DNA of 32,000 nucleotides from Candidatus Nanopusillus sp. Its GTDB lineage: Archaea > Nanobdellota > Nanobdellia > Nanobdellales > Nanobdellaceae. Shown here in pieces: positions 24,483-32,000 of this stretch (its first letter is position 1; each line of letters starts with the position of its first letter). The position numbers were made by a program, and so were the translations under genes. The stretch spans positions 1-32,000 of the forward strand of contig JAPWTW010000004.1 in NCBI GenBank assembly GCA_028275885.1, read 5' to 3'. The notes below the pieces were generated by a model. The model was not told the DNA's origin. It worked only from the letters and a program-made list of their open reading frames with translations, and did no database searches.

Positions 24483-26098
24483 TATTATTTGAACAATCTT
24501 GGGAGGTATGTAATAAAGTAGGTGGAATATATACTGCAATATCTACTAAGGCAAAATATATGAAAGAAAAATATAATGAAAAATATTTTTTGATTGGTCC
24601 ATATAAAAATAATTTAGAATTTATTGAACTAAATCCTCCAGATTATATAAAAGAAATAAATTATCAGTTAGATGGAATTAAAGTACATTATGGATATTGG
24701 AATATTGAATCAAAGCCAAATGTATTTCTAATAGAATTTGATGAATTTTTTAATAAAGAAAGAAATTTATGGAAATATAAATATTGGGAATGGTATAAAA
24801 TAGATTCTTTAAATTCAGATTTCACTTTTGATGAACCGTTATTATGGTCTGTTGCTGTTGGTATATTTTTAGAAAAATTAGATAAATATTTTAATGAGAA
24901 AAAAATATTACATGCACATGAATGGTTATCTGGGGGTACAATATTATATATAAAGAAGAATAATCTAAATTATAAAACAATATTAACAATTCATGGAACA
25001 GTTATTGGAAGAACATTATCTGAAAGAAATGTAAATGTAGAAAATGCATTGAATATAATAGACCCTGATAAAGATTCATATAGATTGGGAATAAATTCAA
25101 AATATCAATTGGAAAAACAAGCAATATTAAATTCTGATATATTTACAGTTGTATCAGATAATTTAGGAGAAGAAGCATATAAAATATATAAAAGAAAACC
25201 GGATTATATAACATATAATTATATAAATGTGAAAGAAAAGGAATTGTTTAATTATTATAAAATTTCAAAGAAATGGATAGATGAATTTTTGACCTGGTAT
25301 TTTTATCCATATTATGATCTACCAGAAAAATATTTACTAATATATACTATTGGTAGATATGAACCATATAATAAAGGTTTAGATTTATTTATTGATTTAT
25401 TAAAATATTTAGATGAAAGGGAATTAAATACTATTGCATTTATTTTTGTTCCTTATAATATTAAAGGACAAAATAATGATATAATAAGATCTTATAAAGA
25501 GTATATTAAATTGAAGGAAAATATAGAAGAAAACATTCACTTAATTATTAGATCATTATATAATGGAAAAAATATATTAGATAAGTTAGATAGAATAAAG
25601 AATAAAAATCCTCCAATATGTACTCATGATGTAGAAAATAATATTATAATTGAAAAATTGAAAGAAAATAATTTAAATAATGATAAAAATAAGTATGTAA
25701 AAGTTATATATGTTCCAGTTTATCTTGGAAATGATGTATTATTTAGTTTAGATCTAGAATGTATATTACCAGCATTTGATTTTGGCATATTTTTATCAAG
25801 ATATGAACCTTATGGATATACACCATTAGAAGCATTGAACAATTTTGTTCCAATTGTTTTATCTAATAAAACAGGATTTTATAGAAATTTAATAAATAAA
25901 AATATAAGTCATGAATATATAATTAGTGTAGATCCAAACAATTTGGATAAAGAATTTATATATAATAAATTTTTACAATATTATAATTTGGATTTATATG
26001 ATAAAATGGAAATAAAAAAGCAAATGTATGATATATCTAAGAAATTTGATTGGAAAAATAATATAAATGAATATATAAATATTTATGATTCTATGTAA
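24479..26098 (+). CDS. Glycogen synthase, eukaryote-type GT3 family
   Basis: 539 aa. N-terminal FEQSWEVCNKVGGIYTAISTKAKY resembles the animal/fungal glycogen synthase motif as I recall it (roughly FExxWEVxNKVGGIYTVxxTKA). C-terminal LSRYEPYGYTPLEAL resembles PSYYEPWGYTPxE. Confidence 0.8.
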   Translation: MILFEQSWEVCNKVGGIYTAISTKAKYMKEKYNEKYFLIGPYKNNLEFIELNPPDYIKEINYQLDGIKVHYGYWNIESKPNVFLIEFDEFFNKERNLWKYKYWEWYKIDSLNSDFTFDEPLLWSVAVGIFLEKLDKYFNEKKILHAHEWLSGGTILYIKKNNLNYKTILTIHGTVIGRTLSERNVNVENALNIIDPDKDSYRLGINSKYQLEKQAILNSDIFTVVSDNLGEEAYKIYKRKPDYITYNYINVKEKELFNYYKISKKWIDEFLTWYFYPYYDLPEKYLLIYTIGRYEPYNKGLDLFIDLLKYLDERELNTIAFIFVPYNIKGQNNDIIRSYKEYIKLKENIEENIHLIIRSLYNGKNILDKLDRIKNKNPPICTHDVENNIIIEKLKENNLNNDKNKYVKVIYVPVYLGNDVLFSLDLECILPAFDFGIFLSRYEPYGYTPLEALNNFVPIVLSNKTGFYRNLINKNISHEYIISVDPNNLDKEFIYNKFLQYYNLDLYDKMEIKKQMYDISKKFDWKNNINEYINIYDSM

Positions 26099-26131
26099 TG
26101 ATTTAAAAGTAATAAAAACTAATTTTTATAT

Positions 26132-26776
26132 ATGACATCATTTGCAGATTTCATACTAAACCTAGTAAATATATTGGGAATAAATCTAATATTTACTTTT
26201 CTATTTTATTTTGGAATATTATATTTTCTAATAAAATTTCTATTGGATAGCATTGGAAAAAAAGATGAAAAAGAAGGAAAGAAAGATATAAATAGTATAT
26301 TAGCATTTATTATATCTGTTTCTGTATCATTATTATTAACTACATTTACTGGTTTTGTATTATATACTCAATATTTTGTAGCCTTTGTAGTTTCAATGAT
26401 TTTAGCATTCTTTTTCTTTATACTTTTGGTAGCTTTCTTAACAAATGGTAAAATATTTGAATTAATAGAAAAAAGAATGATCTCAGGTGAAAGACGAGGT
26501 GGTGCCAGAAATATACTATTGATAATAATAGTATTTATTATTTTATTTGCTTTATTAGCTATGTATTATGCATACCAAGATTATTTTTTATCAATAAATT
26601 TTGGTACATCTCCAGCGGCACAAGTTTATACGATAACATTTAATCCTTATATATTATTTGCAATCATGTTTTTTGTTTTAATAGGAATATTTTTAATATT
26701 CTCTGGTACTGGTGTTAGCCCTGAAGGGGAAAAAGGATCTGAAAAGCAGGGTGGAGATAAAGGAAAATCTGGATAA
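26132..26776 (+). CDS. Polytopic membrane protein with G/K/E-rich C-terminal tail, unknown function
   Basis: 214 aa with about 5-6 hydrophobic segments. Tail SPEGEKGSEKQGGDKGKSG. Its stop codon directly abuts the SBDS stop on the other strand. Confidence 0.5.
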   Translation: MTSFADFILNLVNILGINLIFTFLFYFGILYFLIKFLLDSIGKKDEKEGKKDINSILAFIISVSVSLLLTTFTGFVLYTQYFVAFVVSMILAFFFFILLVAFLTNGKIFELIEKRMISGERRGGARNILLIIIVFIILFALLAMYYAYQDYFLSINFGTSPAAQVYTITFNPYILFAIMFFVLIGIFLIFSGTGVSPEGEKGSEKQGGDKGKSG

Positions 26777-27466
26777 TTATTTTTTTATTTCTTCAACTAT
26801 ACAACTATCTCCACATAATTTTCCTATATCTGAATAAAATTCTGATAATAATCCAATTGGTATTTCTAATATTGCTTCATAATTTTCACCCCAATTTTCT
26901 TTTATAATTTTATATTTATTTTTTATTATTCCAATTATTTTAAACTTATTTGGATATACTATAAGTTTTATATTTTTATATTCAACTTTTAATGGATATT
27001 TTTTTCTTATTTCCTTTAAAACTTCTTCAGCTTGCTTTTCTACAGGTTTATTTATATCTACATTATATTTTACCATTTCAAATAATTCTTTTGCTCTTTC
27101 ATATGTTAATGGCATATTATTTTTACTATCATATGCTATTCTTCTTATATATTCAATAATTTGTTTTTTCTTTTCTTCTATTAATTCTCTCTTGTATTCT
27201 GTTGGTAGTGGAATTTCAGAATTTTCTAATATTTCTTTAGCGATTTTAAGAATATCTGTGGTTCCAAAAGCTTTCTTTAAAGATTCAGATGATGCTCTTT
27301 CTCCTTTTTTAGAATCTTTAAAAATTTCTTCTACAGCCAATACTTCTCTTATATCTTTTATTTTTCCTTCTTTGTATTCAAAAGCCTTTCTTAAATATAC
27401 AATTATTTCAAAATTATAGCCTTCTTTCTTATATTTTATACTTATTTCTGTATCTTTATCCTTCAT
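26777..27466 (-). CDS. SBDS/Sdo1 family ribosome maturation protein
   Basis: 229 aa. EEIFKDSKKGERASSESLKKAFGTTD matches the conserved SBDS N-terminal (FYSH) domain motif. Syntenic with psmA. Confidence 0.85.
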   Translation of the reverse strand: MKDKDTEISIKYKKEGYNFEIIVYLRKAFEYKEGKIKDIREVLAVEEIFKDSKKGERASSESLKKAFGTTDILKIAKEILENSEIPLPTEYKRELIEEKKKQIIEYIRRIAYDSKNNMPLTYERAKELFEMVKYNVDINKPVEKQAEEVLKEIRKKYPLKVEYKNIKLIVYPNKFKIIGIIKNKYKIIKENWGENYEAILEIPIGLLSEFYSDIGKLCGDSCIVEEIKK

Positions 27467-28172
27467 ATAGTTCTCTTATTTCATGATTTTCAAGTGTTTT
27501 AACTTTTTCACCTTTCTTTACATATGATAATATTAATCTTTCATATGCAAAATTATTTCCTAAATAATCTTTTAATACATCTATTCCAAATTTAATTGCT
27601 TCATTTAAATCCATTTCTTTATATCTTTCTTCTAATATTGGTGTAATTTTGTCTTCACCTTCTCCAATTACAACAGCCTTATATCTATAAAATATTCCGG
27701 AAGGGTCTAATGAAAATAACTTTGGTTCTCCATCTTTATCTATTCCTCCAATTATTAATGATACTGCAAAAGGTCTTACTCCTCCAAATCTTGTATAAGA
27801 TTGCATTATATCACTTATTTCCCTTACTAATAATTCTATATCTATTTGTTTTCCATATTGTAATTTATGTTGTTGAGCAATTTCTCTTGCATAATCTATT
27901 AATACTCTTCCATCTGGTATAAATCCTGAGAATGTTCCAATTATATTATCATCAATTTCCATAATTTTTTCAATAGAATTTGTTATAATTAATTTGCTTG
28001 GAATTTTTTTATCTGCAATTATTAATATACCATCTGTTGTACATATTCCAATTGCAGTTGATCCAGCTTTTGCAGCTTGTTTTGCATATTCTACTAATAT
28101 TAATTTTCCTTCTGGTGAAAATATTGCCCATGTTCTATCTATTAGTCCAAATTGTCCAATATCAGTTTCCAT
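27456..28172 (-). CDS. psmA: Proteasome subunit alpha
   Basis: 238 aa. DRTWAIFSPEGKLILVEYAKQAAKAGSTAIG is the alpha-subunit signature (YDRxxTxFSPxGRLxQVEYA type). Confidence 0.9.
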   Translation of the reverse strand: METDIGQFGLIDRTWAIFSPEGKLILVEYAKQAAKAGSTAIGICTTDGILIIADKKIPSKLIITNSIEKIMEIDDNIIGTFSGFIPDGRVLIDYAREIAQQHKLQYGKQIDIELLVREISDIMQSYTRFGGVRPFAVSLIIGGIDKDGEPKLFSLDPSGIFYRYKAVVIGEGEDKITPILEERYKEMDLNEAIKFGIDVLKDYLGNNFAYERLILSYVKKGEKVKTLENHEIRELYEG

Positions 28173-28183
28173 AAAGATAAAGT

Positions 28184-28462
28184 TTAAGATATATTTAAAA
28201 AAGATTTTATACCTTTTAATGTTTTAAATATTTTAAAATTTTTCACATTTTGTAAATATAATAAAAAAATTATTTTATACAAATGTTTTTTGTTTACAGA
28301 TAAAATTGTTCTTTTATTTATTTCTATTTTATTTAAATGTAAATCATAATAATATATATATCCGAAATATTTAATAAAATCATTTTTTAATTTTTCTTCA
28401 TCAAAAAAATCTATTAAAATATATCTATTTTTAATTTTTAGAGTCTTTGGTAATATTACCAT
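28184..28462 (-). CDS. rnp2: RNase P protein component 2 (Pop5/Rpp14 homolog), short form
   Basis: 92 aa. PKTLKIKNRYILIDF, ILSVNKKHLYKIIFLLYL and KTLKGIKSF align with my recollection of Pyrococcus Pop5 (PKTLPPTLRDKKRYIAF, IIRCDRNHVYDVIFSLTL, GVSGTIKRL). Conserved position upstream of psmA. Confidence 0.7.
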   Translation of the reverse strand: MVILPKTLKIKNRYILIDFFDEEKLKNDFIKYFGYIYYYDLHLNKIEINKRTILSVNKKHLYKIIFLLYLQNVKNFKIFKTLKGIKSFLNIS

Positions 28463-29382
28463 TCTTCAGCGCTATTCATCTTTGCCTCAATATCTTTAAG
28501 ATTTAATTTTTCTAGCATTTCTTTATATCTATTTCTTATTGTAACTTCAGTTATTCCAGCAACTTCTGCTATATCTTTTTGTGTCTTTTGTATTCCATGC
28601 TTTACACATGCTAAATATATTGCAGCTGCAGCAACTCCTGCTGGACCCCTACCTGCAGTTATATCAGATTCTTTTGCCTTATTAACTATTTCTATTGCAG
28701 TAGATACTACTTCTGGTGGTAAATTTAATAATGATGAAAATCTATGTACATACTCTGTAACATCTATTGGTTGTATTTTTATCTTTAATGCCTGTAATAA
28801 GTGTTTATATGTTCTTCCTAATTCTTTTTTATGTATATTTGATGCTTTAACTATTTCATCTATGGTTCTTGCAACATCATGTATTCTACATGCTATATAT
28901 GTACATGCAGCAATAACAGTTTCTACAGATCTTCCTCTAATTAATCCTTTTTCAACAGCATCTAAATATAATTTTAATGCTGTTTCTTCTACTTGTTTTG
29001 GCAATTGTAAGAATGAAGAAATTCTTTTTAACTCTTGTTGTGCTAATTTTAGATTTCTTTCATAAGAACTTGTAGATCTTTGTTGCCATTTTTTTAATTT
29101 TCTAGATAATGTAATATCTTCATCCTTTGATTCTGTTTTTCCAATTTCTGTTGATATCATACTTGGTATATTTGTATATCTCATTGCACTACCAGTTCTT
29201 GATAATTTTTCTACATCTTCTGAATTTATTGTCCTATATTCTCTTCCTAGATATTGAACTTCTTCAATTACATATCCACACTTTGCGCATACTAATTCTG
29301 CTGTTTTCTCGTTGTATATAAATTCCGTACTTCCACATATTGGACATCTTAATTCAGGATTTTTTATAAGCTTTTGGACCAT
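28456..29382 (-). CDS. tfb: Transcription initiation factor B (TFB/TFIIB)
   Basis: 308 aa. N-terminal Zn ribbon CPICGSTEF...CAKCGYV and two cyclin-like repeats with GRSVETVIAACTYIACR and GRGPAGVAAAAIYLAC. Confidence 0.95.
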   Translation of the reverse strand: MVQKLIKNPELRCPICGSTEFIYNEKTAELVCAKCGYVIEEVQYLGREYRTINSEDVEKLSRTGSAMRYTNIPSMISTEIGKTESKDEDITLSRKLKKWQQRSTSSYERNLKLAQQELKRISSFLQLPKQVEETALKLYLDAVEKGLIRGRSVETVIAACTYIACRIHDVARTIDEIVKASNIHKKELGRTYKHLLQALKIKIQPIDVTEYVHRFSSLLNLPPEVVSTAIEIVNKAKESDITAGRGPAGVAAAAIYLACVKHGIQKTQKDIAEVAGITEVTIRNRYKEMLEKLNLKDIEAKMNSAEEW

Positions 29383-29480
29383 AATAAATTTTTAAATATT
29401 ATGTTTATAAAGTTAACCTTTTAAACATTATCAATTTTTTACTATTAATTAATGAATATAACCTCTAAATAATTTTTATA

Positions 29481-30446
29481 TCATTTTGTTAGAATATCAA
29501 ATTGCTTTCTTATCCATATTATAGAAAATACTGCCAGAGAAAATATTATTACTTCTATTGGATTAAATATTATTGAAAATATTGGTAATATGGCAATAGT
29601 TACAATAGATGCAATATAAAAAGGTGTATTTGATAATATTAATATATCTCCAATAAATTTATTTGAATATACATATCCCTTTCTAATTGATAAATATGGA
29701 GATAATAATATTCCTATTGGTATTATTGATGAATATGTAAAGAAAAATAAGAAATTAAAGAAATAATAAACAAAACCATATAATATTGTTGAATAGGACG
29801 ACACATATTTTATTAATGAATATATTATCCATAATATTATTGTAGAAATTAAAAATATCCTTAATAATTCATCATTTCTTACTTCTATATTTTTACTTCT
29901 TCCAAGCCTTTTATATTCTATTACTATTGGTTTCATTGAAAATATTATTGGAACAAATAATCCAAGCGTAATTATTGATATTATAATTGTGATTATATAA
30001 CTTAGATTATGTCTCTTTATATATATAAAATTTATTTGTTCACTTTTTGAACTCTTTATTTTTAGTTGTTTTATATAATTATAAAAGAATAATATTACAA
30101 AAAAAGATATCATAACATATACAAATAGATTATATCTAAATATAAAGAATAATATTATTTCTAAAATAATTAATAGATAATAAAAAAAAGCATATGATTC
30201 CTTTTTATAAAATAATATCTTTAATTCTGCAATAACATTATCTAAATAGATATATAAACCATAAAATGATGAAACTAAATTAAATATAAATAAAAATATA
30301 AAGTATGAAATTATTGTATAAATTATTGAGAAAAATAAATTAGCCAATCCAATAAATAGATTATCCCAATGATTAAAAGATAAGAAAAAACCCACAATTA
30401 TTAAATAGTATATTATTCTTCTATCTATTTTTATATATTCAAACAT
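29481..30446 (-). CDS. Polytopic integral membrane protein, unknown function
   Basis: 321 aa with about 8-9 hydrophobic segments. No motif recognised. Divergent from lon with a 38-nt spacer. Confidence 0.5.
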   Translation of the reverse strand: MFEYIKIDRRIIYYLIIVGFFLSFNHWDNLFIGLANLFFSIIYTIISYFIFLFIFNLVSSFYGLYIYLDNVIAELKILFYKKESYAFFYYLLIILEIILFFIFRYNLFVYVMISFFVILFFYNYIKQLKIKSSKSEQINFIYIKRHNLSYIITIIISIITLGLFVPIIFSMKPIVIEYKRLGRSKNIEVRNDELLRIFLISTIILWIIYSLIKYVSSYSTILYGFVYYFFNFLFFFTYSSIIPIGILLSPYLSIRKGYVYSNKFIGDILILSNTPFYIASIVTIAILPIFSIIFNPIEVIIFSLAVFSIIWIRKQFDILTK

Positions 30447-30484
30447 ATTTCATCTTTTTATTTTTAACTTTATAAAATATAATT

Positions 30485-32000
30485 ATGTCTGAAAATGCAA
30501 TAATATCAATAAAAGACTTATATAATATATTCAAATTTAAGACTACAGAAGAAATAAATGTACCTGAAAAAATATCAGAACAAATTATTGGACAAGATAA
30601 GGCTCTAGATATAATTAAAAAAGCTGCTAAACAGAGAAGACATGTTTTATTAATAGGAGATCCTGGTACTGGTAAGTCAATGTTAGCACAGGCATTAGCA
30701 GAGATATTATCAGAAGATAAAGAACAAGTTAGAAATTTAGAAGACATATTGGTATTTCCAAATCCAAATGATGAATATCAACCAATAATAAGGACAGTTC
30801 CAATGGGAACTGGAAAAAAAATTATAGAAGAAATGAGAAAAAGAGCATTAGAGCAAACAAAAATGTTTCAATATTTTTATATTTTATTATTATTTATATC
30901 TGCATTTACTCCAATGTACTTTTATTATGTAGAAAATTATATAATGGCTGGTGCAACATTTATTGGATTTATGATTCTAATGGCAAGTTTATCTTTTTCT
31001 TTCCAAGTAATTCAAAAACAAATAATGAAAAACATACCAAAATTGTTAGTAGATAATTCAAATAGGACTTCTGTACCATTTGTAGATGCTACAGGAGCAT
31101 TTGAAGGTATGTTATTTGGTGATGTGTTACATGATCCATTTCAATCTGGTGGTCTTGAAACTCCACCGCATCAAAGAGTAATTGCAGGTGCAATACACAA
31201 GGCAAATAAGGGTGTATTGTTTATAGATGAAATTGGAACATTAAGACCTGAAGTTCAGATAGAACTATTATCTGTTTTACAAGAAAAGAAATATCCAATA
31301 TTTGGAAGATCTGAAAGATCTGCTGGTGCAATGGTAAGAACTACTCCAGCTCCTGCTGATTTTGTATTGGTAGCAGCAGGAAATTTGGAAACATTACAAA
31401 AGTTGCATCCAGCATTTAGATCAAGAATAAGAGGATATGGATATGAAGTATTTATGAATTCTGAAATATTATTTACTGAAGAAACTGCAAATAAATTTGC
31501 TCAATTTGTTGCACAAGAAGTTAAAAAGACAGGCAATATACCACATTTTACAAAAGAAGCTGTAATAGAAATTATTAAAGAAGCTCAAAGGAGATCTGGA
31601 AGAAAGAGTTATTTAACATTGAGATTAAGAGATTTAGGTGGGTTAGTAAGATTAGCTGGAGATATTGCAAAAGCAAAAGGAAAAAAATATGTTGAACCTG
31701 AAGATGTTATAGAAGCAAAGGAAAAGGCGTTAACAGTTGAAGAACAATTATCAAAATATTATATTGAAAGAAAGAAAGAATATCAGATAATAAAAACTGA
31801 AGGATATGAAGTTGGAAGGGTAAATGGATTAGCAGTAATTGGATCAAGATTATATTATTCAGGATTGGTATTACCAGTTGAGGCAGAAGTTGTGCCTGGA
31901 AAAGGTAGTAGGGAAATTATTGCTACAGGAAATTTGGGAAAAATTGCAAAAGAAGCAATAGTAAATGTATCTGCAGTAATAAAAAAGAAATTTGGAGAAG
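30485..32000 (+). CDS. lonB: Archaeal membrane-bound Lon protease (LonB), 3'-truncated by the window end
   Basis: Hand-translated and absent from the track because no stop lies in the window. [33 protein letters not shown] (Walker A), two TM helices inserted in the AAA+ module ([14 protein letters not shown]..., [15 protein letters not shown]), [39 protein letters not shown]. Confidence 0.9.
   Translation, partial: MSENAIISIKDLYNIFKFKTTEEINVPEKISEQIIGQDKALDIIKKAAKQRRHVLLIGDPGTGKSMLAQALAEILSEDKEQVRNLEDILVFPNPNDEYQPIIRTVPMGTGKKIIEEMRKRALEQTKMFQYFYILLLFISAFTPMYFYYVENYIMAGATFIGFMILMASLSFSFQVIQKQIMKNIPKLLVDNSNRTSVPFVDATGAFEGMLFGDVLHDPFQSGGLETPPHQRVIAGAIHKANKGVLFIDEIGTLRPEVQIELLSVLQEKKYPIFGRSERSAGAMVRTTPAPADFVLVAAGNLETLQKLHPAFRSRIRGYGYEVFMNSEILFTEETANKFAQFVAQEVKKTGNIPHFTKEAVIEIIKEAQRRSGRKSYLTLRLRDLGGLVRLAGDIAKAKGKKYVEPEDVIEAKEKALTVEEQLSKYYIERKKEYQIIKTEGYEVGRVNGLAVIGSRLYYSGLVLPVEAEVVPGKGSREIIATGNLGKIAKEAIVNVSAVIKKKFGE

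Noticed and set aside
1214-30747. Many 60-146-aa ORFs in the track that lie antisense or out of frame within well-supported genes: 1214-1408, 2826-3077, 4682-4885, 6892-7107, 7982-8176, 8017-8202, 8684-8929, 9911-10228, 11437-11625, 11740-11940, 12319-12546, 12650-12925, 18621-19061, 19296-19490, 22460-22771, 23618-23806, 27192-27419, 27710-27922, 27994-28227, 28862-29065, 29127-29321, 30439-30747
   Set aside because: Their translations are low-complexity L/I/F/Y/H strings with no motifs. They lie wholly inside the footprint of called genes, most of which have clear family signatures. Long spurious antisense ORFs are expected in DNA with skewed composition.
1-32000. CRISPR arrays, rRNA genes, split tRNA halves or intron-containing tRNAs
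   Set aside because: No regularly spaced direct repeats were seen. The only G+C-rich islands outside coding motifs are the four complete, colinear tRNAs. No orphan half-tRNA-like GC blocks were found.

Overview
Very AT-rich (about a quarter G+C by eye, not computed), extremely gene-dense archaeal chromosome segment. Archaeal identity rests on TFB, archaeal-type DnaG, proteasome alpha, SBDS, RNase P Pop5, membrane-bound LonB, stalk protein P1, Taw3 and TrmY. The bifunctional FBP aldolase/phosphatase and four G+C-rich tRNAs set in AT-rich DNA suggest a thermophile with a reduced genome. A Nanoarchaeota/DPANN-like lineage is inference only. There are three blocks. (1) 325-6910 holds nine co-directional, start/stop-coupled orphan genes. 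Each encodes a protein beginning with one hydrophobic helix followed by an Asn/Tyr-rich, N-x-S/T-rich region that is Cys-paired in the six larger proteins. I recognise no family, and this is my best candidate for an undescribed surface appendage or adhesion system. (2) 6.9-19.5 kb holds housekeeping genes (taw3, dnaG, fbp, P1, alaS, trmY), four tRNAs that each sit directly behind a co-oriented CDS, a homopolymer-interrupted surface-protein gene, an ICMT-family methyltransferase, an anchored CAP-domain protein and an AAA+/wHTH ATPase. (3) 19.4-26.1 kb is a glycogen locus with a GDE-type debranching enzyme, a GT4/5 synthase-like enzyme, GH57 and a eukaryote-type GT3 glycogen synthase. The GT3 gene is ATGA-coupled to a ParA/MinD-like ATPase and a small K/E-rich protein, which is an unusual association. 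The window ends with a truncated exosome/proteasome superoperon (TFB-Pop5-PsmA-SBDS) and a partial LonB. I saw no CRISPR array, rRNA, transposase or integrase.
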